This document shows positions 1 to 11,224 of a DNA stretch of 64,000 nucleotides, piece after piece. The stretch comes from Paraspadella gotoi (taxonomy: Eukaryota; Animalia; Chaetognatha). Within the stretch, counting starts at the first letter, position 1. The number at the start of each line of letters is the position of its first letter. Made by a program: the position numbers and the translations under genes. The DNA is taken from the NCBI GenBank assembly GCA_051294375.1, contig CM119269.1, positions 22,156,815 to 22,220,814 of the forward strand. Direction: 5' to 3'. The notes below the pieces were generated by a model, which ran no database searches, was not told where the DNA came from, and saw only the letters and a list, made by a program, of their open reading frames with translations.

Positions 1-31
1 TCATCGAAAGTAGCGAAACGGCAAAGATATA

Positions 32-66
<35 letters not shown>

Positions 67-185
67 CTGTGAAAATAGATTTAACGTTTTTCCAAATGTA
101 AATAATAAAAGTCTTCGCATCAATTCATGTCTCGCAATAACTTTATGTCACTGGCCCCCAACCAAATCGTTATGTTACGACTCAC

Positions 186-3100
186 GGTTCTGGCGAATGA
201 AACGGTGCCGAGTGATGGCGAACGTATTGCGTCGACTGAAAAACTCTAAAAGCGAGTGACGCTAAAAAGTCCCGTGAGGTGAGAAGACCAGCGGCCGGGC
301 GCAGCATGTAGCCTGTGCGATCTGATAAAAAAATAAGCGTGGCAATGTGTTGGAGTTTGTGAGACATTTGGTTGTGATTTTTAAATTTTTTACTTAAGAA
401 AAAAAACAACAAAAAACAACCATTTATAGGAAGGTGGTTTTTATGTAATAAATTCCTCGTCCTCACTTACTTAGGCCCAGTTAGACTTACCCGACCTTAG
501 AGATTTAAATCTATTTTTATACAATATAAAATTTCTAGACAAAAAGAGGCAATAGAAATAAAAAGCTATGCAAGAACTAGCGAAATTAAATCCAAATGCA
601 TACCTCATAAATTAAATCCAAATGCATACCTCTTTAATAAAATTAAATCCAAATGCATACCTCTTAAATTAAATTAAATCCAAATGCATACCTCTTAAAT
701 TAAATTAAATCCAAATGCATACCTCTTAAATTAAATCCAAATGCATACCTTTTAAATTAAATTCAAATGCATACCTCTTAAATTAAATTAAATCCAAATG
801 CATACCTCTTAAAAATTTGTTAGCGTCGTTCAATTGTGGAATTTTATTGCAAGAATAACCACATTCCTTTTCCAACATTTCAACTATTTCGTTGTGATCC
901 TTGCAAGCGTGGATTTTCCACAATTGCTTCAGTTTCTGGTAAACCTTTTTCCTGAAAGATTTAAGAAACTTAATCAAATCTTTATCTTTTTTCTTTAATT
1001 AACTTTTAACTATCTGTCTTTAAACGGTCATAATGTTAACTGACAATTTGTTTCTACAGTTTCTACTCCCTCGTTTCTTTTTCTTTGATATACAGTTGTG
1101 AAGAGAGTTGGAAAAAAAAATCCAAGCATTCTTTACCAGCAAGCAGTTTCCAATTCGTTGTATTCAACGTGAGGAAGCGGATCTCCGTGCTTGTAACCGA
1201 AAGCAAGCGATGCTATTTCTCTCCTTCTTTCTCGATATTCTTTGTCCGCGAAACCCTGATTTAAAAAGTCAATCAATCAATCAATCAATCAATCGATTTC
1301 CAGCGCAGTTTGTTGTTGTCGTTTTGGTCTTCTTCGCTTTTTTAAACCATTTATTTCATAAATCAGTCAATTTTTTTATTTTTAAATTTAGAGATCTTCT
1401 ACATCTCTCCGTGAATTTTGAAACAACCAAGTAAATATACTAACTTAATACAATACGTATTTAATTCGGAAATATTTAATTAATCTTATAGAAAAGTCTC
1501 GAACAAAATGTTCACTTAACAGTAGCGAAAGATTCCATCTAGTGTCAGAGATGAAGATGAACATTGAACAATTCAATTGAATGAAACTTAAAACGTCTTC
1601 GAGTTAAAAAAATTGTTTGTAGAATTTTAAAATTATAAAACAGACTAAAATTGAATGGATTTCTGTATTTTTTTCAATTGGAAATTGCTTACAGGGGGAT
1701 CATGAAGTGTCTTACAGGGTGATCATAAAGTGGCTTACAGGGTGATCGTAATCCAATTCGGGTTCAAATTTGGTCAGAAGATGATGACAATTGTCAAGAT
1801 CCGAGATGTGAAGTGGAATCCAGACTGAGGTGAAAAAAATTAATTAAATAAGAAAATTAATTAATGGAAAAGATAAATTTCATTTATTTAGAGGTAAATA
1901 ACCTTTTGGATTTTTCTCGATCGCGAATTCTTTCAAGTTCAAACCGTGAAGTTTTTTCCGCAGGCGAGATGTCACTGATAAAAAAAGGTTTAAGAAACAA
2001 AGCCTTTTTTAAAAATTCTCTAGTCGAAAAATTAATATGCAAACTTGTTCATAAACGTTACAACACATCGAAGCACTAACATTTAGTTGATAGTATCTGC
2101 ATTAGATAAGAAAATGTACCTTTACTTATTTAAGAAGGAAAAATTGTCTTAAAAATACATTTAATATTTTAGTCTTTTATATTAAACAATAATTAATTAA
2201 GTTAAGATTGAGGCTAATCTTTTAATGTTTTTAGGGAGCTTAAAGTAAGAATTAAAGTTGGTATAAGTTTGACCTTGCGAGAATTGAGCTTCGGTCGCAA
2301 AGAACTTGAGAAAGGCATCGACCCTGTGGAGCCGACTTCCGCCCAACATCTCTTTAGAATCACGAGTCTCCAAATGGATCAGTTTCACGCCGCAATTCTG
2401 CAAGTTCACGAAGGTAATATTACTATTATTACTATTATTACTATTATTGTTATTATTAACTGTCTGATAATTGTCTACTCGAGATCGAACTCCAGACCCT
2501 TGGTTTTGGAAAAGAAATATATTGTCTCACAAATGACCACTGGAAGAAGTTCAAGTTAAAAAAAAATATTTTATTTTTAGATTATTACAAATCAAAATAC
2601 TAATCCTCGCCTCCAAAACGGCCAAAATGTCTCGCATTCCACCGACGCCGCCGCATCCTGTCACGACGACGCCGTATTCTGCCGCCGCCGCTGCAGCCGC
2701 CGCCGCGGAGCCTTCCAATCGCTCGTCAAAGACGTCGTCTTCATCGACGCTGGATTGAGATCGAAGCAGACGACGTTCGAACTTTGCGTCTTCGATTAAA
2801 CTGCGACGACGTGTTCCGCCGTAGCCGTTCTGTTGAAGGAGCGAATGATGATAATAATGATAGTTATTATGTACAATGAAAATAAATATATAAATAAGCG
2901 TGAATAAACTAGACTGAGAGAGTTTTTATTAAAATCTTGCAGCCTAATTTCTTGTGAGAAGGATGTAGGCCTTGGCCTTGGCCCTTAGCCTAGATATATT
3001 ATTTAACATATTTATTAAATGAATGGATGATTTTTGTATTGTTTGTACCAATTTAATATCATATAATATCAATGTCCTTATTCCGCCAATGACACTCACC

Positions 3101-3275
3101 AACACGTGACGATTTGTTTTGTACTAAATAGTAAATACCATTTAAAAATACCACGCTTATGTCATACTCAAAACCTTTCCCTGAATTCAAGAGACGACCT
3201 TACCTCAACGCTATAGGACTTCAGCAGGAAACCTTTTCGTGCTCCTGATTTTGTCGCCATCATTGAAGAAGCCAT
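186..3275 (-). CDS. TH: Tyrosine hydroxylase (tyrosine 3-monooxygenase), 5' part; gene continues past the window start
   Basis: Phase-consistent exons 3275-3204, 2829-2611, 2397-2274, 1974-1903, 1824-1739, 1255-1137, 951-806, 321-186. Translation includes KSYSVE|[18 protein letters not shown] (TH Ser40-type PKA motif), ACT-domain [30 protein letters not shown]|[26 protein letters not shown] and [40 protein letters not shown], which are TH-type rather than PAH/TPH-type. Confidence 0.95.
583..810. repeat. Tandem array of 8 copies of a ~26-31 bp unit containing the donor site of TH exon 951-806
   Basis: aaattaaatccaaatgcatacctctt repeated 8 times; the reverse strand reads AAGAG|GTATGCATTTGGATTTAATTT. 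Confidence 0.95.
1688..1748. repeat. Three 23-bp tandem copies containing the donor site of TH exon 1824-1739
   Basis: cttacaggg(g/t)gatc starts at 1688, 1711 and 1734. Confidence 0.9.
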
Positions 3276-4254
3276 TTTTGCATCGGGAAGGGAAACCCTC
3301 CTAGTGTAGAATTACTTTTAGTTAATTAGAATTAACTTTTATTTAAAAATTTTCAAAATGTTATTAACGCGTAGCGACATACTATCTAGGAAAAAAGTAT
3401 ATCACTTAATTCATTTATTCAATAAAAAGTATACAAAACATGGGTAAACATTCTTGATATTTGGTTTGCTCTTTTTTGGCAAATTGAGGTATGACAGTAA
3501 AATATTTTTTCACATCTTTAACGCAATTCTTTTCAGCCCTGATGTTGATGTTGCGCATCTTTCCCTCTTTTCTGATAGCTATAATAGCACTTTTTTGAAC
3601 CAAAAAGAGGTGCAAGGCCTTTAGCATTACCAAATTAAAAAATATTTAAAAAATATAAAAACAAATAACTAAACACCAAAAATAGTGGAAAACTAAATAT
3701 GATTTTTTTGGACATTTTTCATTTGAAGTAACAACCAAAGATTTGTATTTCTCAATTTAAATATAAGGTTCATTGGACATTGTCGAAATCATTTGCGTTC
3801 TGAAAAGTGAAAACTATTATCACAAAGGTTTAATTAACATAACATATAATAAAGACGGTATATTATAGGAACTTAGTTGACGGATAAGTAAGTAATTAAA
3901 TTAAAAAAGGCTTAAAAAATGTTTTACGGGCAAAAAGGATTAGAAGCGCGATTTTTCTTGGAAGAAAAGATTATGAGGAATATGATGAGTGAATGAGATT
4001 CGCGGACGTAGAGTCCAGGGGTCATCATTTGAGATGGAGTTAAATGCAGAGGACTTTATGAGAGATAGAAGCTTTTTATTCGGAGACTTAATTAATATTA
4101 GTAATATGCTACGCTTTCTTTTTCTTGCCTAACTCTAAAATCTATATCATCTGATTTCATTTCAATATTTGATGCCTTCGTATGTGAATTACATAACTCG
4201 AGTAATTTGCTTAACGTGAAAAAGGAATAATAGATACTGCGCTTTTAGGAGAAA

Positions 4255-4404
4255 ATGGAAAGAGAGGGAGGAAAGAAAGAAAAAAAAAGAAATAAAGAAC
4301 GAAAGAAAAATAGGCCTGGGGTAGAGAGAGAGAAAAAGAAAGATAAAGAGAGAGAGAGAGAGAGTGTTTTTATTCTAATAGAGAGAAAAAATAAAAAAAG
4401 AAAA

Positions 4405-4440
<36 letters not shown>

Positions 4441-4726
4441 AAAAAGATAGAAAGAAAAAAGAAAGAAAGAAAAACAATGAAAGAAAAAGACAGATTTAAT
4501 GAAAAAAAGAAATAAAGAAAGAAAAATGATGGGAAAAAAACGAAAAAAAGTGAAGGAAGGAAGGAAGAAAAGAAAGAAAGATAGAAAGATAAAATAGAAG
4601 AAAAAAGCGAGAAAGAAATAAACGGAAATTAAAAAGACTTAAAATAAAAGTAATAAAGAAAGAAAGGGAAAAAAGAAAGAATTAAAGGGAAATTAAAGTA
4701 AAAAAGAAATAAAAAGAAATGAATGA

Positions 4727-4814
<88 letters not shown>

Positions 4815-4820
4815 AAAAGT
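4255..4820. repeat. Purine-rich low-complexity region with (AAAG)n microsatellite
   Basis: Long (aaag)n runs at about 4405-4445 and 4725-4815. Confidence 0.95.
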
Positions 4821-4911
4821 ATACACCAAGAAAGACAGAAAGCGAGAGGCGATATTTGCGGCTCGCTCGTCTCTCGTTGATGAGATCCATTAGAAACTGC
4901 GCCGTTTCACC

Positions 4912-5000
4912 AACGTGACTGTGAATAATCTCACGTCGTTCTCGATGGAAACGAGACAGACACGTTCACTCGTTGATCACGTGATCAGTCGATAGACGTG
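4912..5000. promoter_or_regulatory. Distal E-box cluster upstream of timeless
   Basis: AACGTG 4912, CACGTC 4932, CACGTT 4961, canonical CACGTG 4978 (inside the palindrome TGATCACGTGATCA) and GACGTG 4995, all within 90 bp of AT-rich, CpG-poor DNA. Confidence 0.6.
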
Positions 5001-5310
5001 AAGGAGTTGGAATTGAAATGCATTGAAAGACGACCAGAGTTAAATTAACAATTTCCTCCTTGGGTAATTAAAACAAGAAAGAAAATAATATATAATATCA
5101 ATATAAATAATCAATTAAAACACCCGAGTGGATTAGTTCTGGGTGGAATACTTTTTTAATTAATCTTCTTTCCTATGTCATAATAAGTGATTGATCATTA
5201 GGCTAGTTAGAATATTTCACTACAGTCGTGAAATAGCAGCATTAATATAATAAAATAACTCGTGTACAAAGCAGATAATTTTTATTTTGACAAAACAATA
5301 TAATTATTCA

Positions 5311-5358
5311 TACGGACTTGTTTCAACTGTTTTACGAGTCATCATCAGCGAATTCCGA
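5311..5358 (-). ncRNA. Minimal hammerhead-ribozyme-like motif (Penelope-type remnant)
   Basis: Minus strand CTGATGA-T-GACT-cgtaaaac-AGTT-GAAA-CAAG-TC; stem I is weak. Confidence 0.4.
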
Positions 5359-5657
5359 AACGCAACCTAAAGAAAAGAAATTACATAAATAAAATAATTT
5401 AAATATATACAGCTTGAACAAGTACATAAGAGTTTTGGCCATTTTCTATATCTTAAATTAACGTAAAGATGTAACAACAGAAATTATACAACATTTACAA
5501 GTACATAAACATCATAGCATAAAGAATTTAAAAAAAAATTAGACAAAAAAATATTATAATGAGATATCAGAAGAGCTCCGGCCATTTTGTATTTTTTATT
5601 ATACTAACAAGACTCCTTTCTCTGTAAAACCGGAAATACACCAGAATCATCCATGAG

Positions 5658-5868
5658 GACGTGATGTTCACGTCACCTAAAGTGAAGAACAAATTCACGT
5701 TTGAAAAAACGTGGTCGATAAAAACGTGACTTGAGAGTCAACTTTTTTTGGCCATCGTCGTCGCTGGCCAATCGAAATCCGATCACTCCTCAGATCCGAC
5801 CAATCGCGTCAACGTAGAAAAGAGGACTCTCACTCGTCTTTCGTCCTTCGCATTGGCTCTCAGCCAAT
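5658..5868 (+). promoter_or_regulatory. Proximal timeless promoter: five E-box-like sites and four CCAAT boxes
   Basis: GACGTG 5658, CACGTC 5669, CACGTT 5696, AACGTG 5708 and 5723; CCAAT/ATTGG at 5768, 5800, 5852, 5864. A probable 5'UTR exon ends at the donor cagg|gtaagt (6074). Confidence 0.6.
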
Positions 5869-6342
5869 CAGCGTTCAGAACGAATGAATCGTAATTTGTC
5901 GTCCTCGTCGCCATCTGAATCTCATACTACATGAATTCGTTTTGACGAAATTGTTCCGAGATCAATACTTTGGAAGCCATTGTTATTTTCTTGGCTATAA
6001 ATTTCCTCAAACTGGCGCATTATCGGAGTTTTTAACTCGTCAAAGTTATCAATTGTCGACAAAAAATATCCAGGGTAAGTACATGAGTAATGTTTTAAGT
6101 ATTTCAAGTTATGTAATGCACTGAGTAACAAATTTTAGAATTTTTAAATGCAAACCACAAATTTGATTACCACAATGAATAATAGATAATAAACAAAATA
6201 ACTCTCACTTGTCTTTTTGATGTTCTTATGAAAAACTGTATCACATTAGTAATTAGTCATTACATTGGTTGATGATAATTCTACATTATCAGCTAATTAA
6301 TCACTTTTAATACAACCAATTTTTAAAAATTTTTTTCAGAAA

Positions 6343-9300
6343 ATGGAATTTGATTTGATGAATATTTCTGAGACGGCTTCCTATCAGTTGGGCTTTTATG
6401 ATGAAGACCAATTCATTGCAGAGGACAATGCAGAGGAAGTAATAGAGGACATTCTAAGCTCTATTTTGACGCATAAAACTAACTGGTAAAGTATTAAAAA
6501 TTTTAAAAAATGGTTGAATAGCTTATTTCCTATATATCACAATGAATTTTTTTAGGGATGTACAAGCCGGTCTTCATCGAATGAAATATTTGGAAAATGA
6601 TTTGATCCCCTTAATTACCAGCTTAAAGGATGAGGGAAAGTTATTTGGAACTTGCATGAAGTTATTGTTACATTTAACCCAGCCAGTAGATTGTTTGTAT
6701 GGAACTCTGACTTATCTTCATGACACACTAAAAACAGAAGTGAGAAGGGCACTTTTGGGAGCCAAGCAATCTATAAATGCCAAGCCAGAATTGTTTCAAG
6801 TAATTTATCGAGAAATAAATGAAATTCTAGACAGTTGCGTTAAATTTCGCATGTCCAAAGAAGACGGCGATACAATCAACAATTCTTTATTGTTCTTGCG
6901 GAACATTCTACACATTACAAATGATAAAGAACCAACAATTGATAATGAAATGTTGCAACACATTTTAACCGGTTTTCCGGAAATCTTCAAGCGTTTAATG
7001 TTGAACACAAACAAGAAGACGTGGACAGTCGCAATTGTGCAACTTTTGTCCCTGATCTTCAAAGATGCATCTGCAGTTACATTGATGCTCACACTTTCTA
7101 TGACTGAAAAGGAGGAAAATTCATCAAAGTTCATTTGTTATTCCTCGGATGAAGAATCTGAAGGACTGTATGACAACACTCAATCTGAGAATGGATTAGA
7201 AAAGGAATCCTCAAATGGAGATGTAGAAGCCAGTTTAGATCGATATGATGTGGATGAAAAAGTTCTTAAAGTTTTAGCTGGAAATACTCAATCTTTAGAT
7301 GAAAAACTGGAGAAACAGTTGGCCGACTTTGGTCTGACGGTATTACAACATGGATTAAATGGGCTGATTGCGGATTTGCATGAATATTTGCTGGACCAGA
7401 ATTCGATTTACCTCGATGAATCTTATATGACGTGGGTTATTTCTTATTTTCTCAAATTCGTTTTCTTGTCGGGTATTGAATACAGGCATGTGAAGGAAGC
7501 AATATGTAAAGAAACTGTAGGTTATCTCACTTATAAAGCTGTTCAAAGCATAGAAGAATTCAAAAGCTCTCAATTAAAAAACGAAAATGATGAGCTTTTA
7601 GAAACTTTCAAACTTCGAAAAGTGCATCTCACGGTTATGGCTTTGAGGGAAATATTTCATACTATCAACTTTCTATCAAATAGCGTTAAGTTATCTCAAG
7701 AAGACGAAATTAATTTGAAGGATGATAAATTTCAAATAGCGAGTTTATTAGGTAATAAATTATTCTTATGATTATTATAAAATTATTTTGTATTAAATGA
7801 ATTATTATTCCAACAGATTTGAAACTGATTTTTCTTTTGCTGATCCGTTCATGCCCTTTGGAGGAACGTTTTCGGATATACCTGAGGGATTTAGTGACAA
7901 CAAATCATGCATATCTCCTACTTGTTGAACATCTCCTAAATCACAGTGTGTATAAAATAAAGTTAATATTTTAAAAGTGTTGTTAAAATGAACATGCACC
8001 AGGTATTTATAAATTAAATATTCATTCTTTTACAGCGAATGAAGCATCTGAAAAATTTCAAAAGAAATTTTCAATGCTTACCCATGTCAATCTCTTTGCC
8101 AACAAAACCATCGTGAGAGCTTATGGATATCTATTGGAAACTTATGAAGAAAATACTCCCTGCCTCAATGATTGCGTTATGACCATGCTTCATCACATTT
8201 CTGGTATGTTTAATTTTTATTCTGAATTTAGTAATGACAACATAAATTAAGAATAATTACTGTAATAATTCTTTAGAAGTATTGTTATGGTGTCTTTATG
8301 TTTTTATTTATTTCCACAATTTTAGGCGACTGTAAAAAGCCAGAAACTCTTCTTCAACTGCCAATATTGAACACGTTCATGGAGATGTATGAAAACCAAT
8401 TTCCATTAGCCAAAGAATCTACCGAGCTCATAGAATACATTCTGTGCAAGTTTGAAGCAACAGCAAATAGAAAGGTTTCAAGTGTAAGTTTTTGTCTTAG
8501 CGATATGGGAACTTTGTATTTTCGGGAATTCCAGACTTTAAAATTTTTATCTGTCAAAATAAAGTTGTCTTTAACATTGATAAACCTGAGTGCAGGGGTA
8601 AGTTGTCAGAATTTTGGGTTCCTATTTTATCCCAAAAGAAACTTTCGGACAAGAATCCCAACATTGTTTTTTTTTAAATATTTGATCCGCAAAAGAAATC
8701 ATTTATTATTTACATTGTACAATGTACAAGCTTCCTTTAATATTTAACAGGCGTTCAAAAGTGATGAATGTGGAAATGAAGAGCTATATTCTGATTCCGG
8801 AGTTGGAATTTCTGATGGAAATTCGATGAGTGATTCAACGTCTTTGGAATCAAGTGAATCGGAATCAATTGAAGATACTCCTGAAAAGCTTCACCCAATG
8901 GTAATTTATATTATGGTTATTGATTAAGGGAAATTTAAACAAAAAATTCTTTATTATTAGATATCTTAAAATATATTTTGCAAGTGATGTGGAAAAAGGG
9001 AAAGCTACCCTAGGTGAATGTGAATCCTACTGAATATTTATTTTGTTGTAAAAAAATTTTTTTAGCTAATTAATATCAAAATGAGAAGGAAAATAAATGA
9101 AATTGTTATTAAATGTTTTTACGAAACAAATATAATTTTAAAAAAGTTAATAATTATTATTTTACCCTTTTAATCTTATGAATTCATTGTTTCGCTCTTT
9201 TTTTCTGTAATTATGATAAATGTAAATATAGCAGGATTCCGTACCTGTAGAAGAACATCCAATTTTGCACCAGTTGCTAAATGTGTCGCGGGATTATGTT

Positions 9301-9987
9301 CATTCACTGAGAACAATGACTCCAACTGTCAACGATGGTTTAACATGGGTCACGGTAATAATATGATACTTAAATAATTAGACAAGTAAAACCATTTTAA
9401 ATACTTATATATATATTTTAATTACTATTTATTTTACAGCACGTCTTGGAGGAAACCTGTTTCGTTAAATTGATAATGGATAAGAATGCTGATATCGATC
9501 ACTTAGAAGAACCCATTCCGTATCATTATTGTGCATTTGAAAAGTCCGTACCGATCGTCCCATATACTGTCGAACAAAACAACATCTTAAATGATTATCT
9601 GTTTTTAAGTCTTTTACGTCAACTTGGGTTTTATCTTCCAGAAGGAAAAGAAAGACTTTTTCCAAGGTATTAAAACATTTATTGTTGAATGACAGATAAA
9701 TTATTATAACTCGCTTTAGCGATTTACTTATATTTCTTCGTCGTGGTTTAGTACACCTAATTCTGATTATTTTGTAAAGTTAACTATTATTCTTCTCATC
9801 AGAAACCTAAATTTTATCAAACAGAATTCCATCTTTGTGGGGCCCAGAAAAACTTCATCGTATGGCGACGTTTCTCGGCTCTTCTCACACTCAAATGAAA
9901 TACAGTGAAGCGGATGTGAAAACAACTGAAAATCTTTTGGAAAAGCAAATGCGATTTTTTGCTGAGCCAAATAAATTCACCCTATAA
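6343..9987 (+). CDS. tim: Timeless (Drosophila-type TIM1), about 817 aa
   Basis: Exons 6343-6485, 6556-7751, 7817-7945, 8036-8203, 8326-8483, 8751-8900, 9235-9354, 9440-9666, 9825-9987, all GT-AG and phase-consistent. Motifs LENDLIPLI, INNSLLFLRNILHI, YLRDLVTTNH, AYGYLLETY..NDCVMTMLHHISGD, ELIEYILCKF, ETCFVKL..EPIPYH..KSVPIVPY..LGFYLP..FPRIPSLWGPE match my recollection of TIM1 rather than TIMEOUT. Confidence 0.93.
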
Positions 9988-11224
9988 AATGGCTTTAATT
10001 TTAAGATTTTAAAATTATGAAACCATTGTTATATTTAGTATATTAATAACAAATTTTAATTGTAATAATTGTTCTAAGACCAAAGGTATATTTGTTATAA
10101 AAATACTGATCTCATCTCATTGTCTTAAAAGAGGCCCGTGATTTAATTTTATTTTTTCCCACCATTTTGTTCTTTATTATAATGCAAACCATTTACCATA
10201 TACAATACTACAAACAGTAAACATTTTTGAAAAAAGTTTTACATAAACTAGAAAACTAAGTCGCACGGAGTCAGCCGATGCCGCGACCTAAAAACTTATA
10301 TGCAAAAAAGTATATAAGAATAATACTTAAGATTTTGGCCAATAGCTATTCCTATCCTGCCAATAAACTATGGTTCAGATCATCTTTCCCATTGTGACCA
10401 TGTGATGTTGTGTCTGTGATATTTTGTCGCATAATGAATCAAATAAAAAACAACCAAAAAAAACCGAATTATTATATCAATGTGATGATAGTTGTATAAA
10501 ATTCAGAATGTAAAAACATTTTCTTTGATCCGGTAGCCTTTGTATGAAAGTCAAGTCAGCAGATAATATTTACATATGAAATGGACATCCAATATAAAAA
10601 TATCCATTCATATAATTAATAAGCTGTATTATACGATGTTAATAAAAAAATGTAAATAAGTTTTTTCTTTTGCCAACATGAAATCGTCAATTTTGAAATG
10701 TGATTTGTCTTAAAACGTAAGTCAATATGCGATTATGTAATGTAAGTAATATATTTTAAGGAATAATTGGCTTTTTTCATTAATAATGATCATGAAGTAA
10801 AAATATATCATCAAGAATTCACGGAATGCCATACGTAAATAATGCGCACGCATATATTACTAGTATTTTTATACATAATTAATTTCATCTAGTGATTCTC
10901 GTTATAATAATATCCAATAGCCATACTGATGAGTTTTTAAAATCATCTTAGCTTATAAGTTAAATAACTAATCATTTCATAATCTTAAATAACCTAATTG
11001 AACTTTTGCTTGGATATCAACTCTTGCCATTCTCAAAATAACGGTTCTGCCATCTTTCATGATTTACAAAAATCGCGAAGAAATAAAAGACTAACGAAAT
11101 AGAACAATGGTACATACGACGCCTCCAATAGATCAACTAAACAAAGGTAGTTTTAGAGAGTTAAACGGGGCATGACTCTGGAATCTGGGCCTTATTTTTC
11201 CAAAACGATCCAATTCATCTAAAA

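Noticed and set aside
583-810. CRISPR-like array
   Set aside because: Units abut without unique spacers; eukaryotic intron; no cas genes.
3415-4060. Possible extra gene between TH and timeless (72-aa ORF and nearby fragments)
   Set aside because: No recognisable homology and no phase-consistent exon chain; more likely TH 5'UTR or intergenic sequence.
4255-4890. K/E/R-rich and F/L/S-rich ORFs here and at 34.7-35.0, 50.6-50.9, 61.5-61.8 and 62.4-63.4 kb
   Set aside because: Translations of (AG)n and (AAAG)n microsatellites.
10246-10296. Hairpin followed by CTAG on the minus strand, resembling a Helitron 3' end
   Set aside because: Single short motif with no matching 5' end or second copy in the window.
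10921-10960. CTGATGAG hammerhead-like start
   Set aside because: No stem II or GAAA follows.
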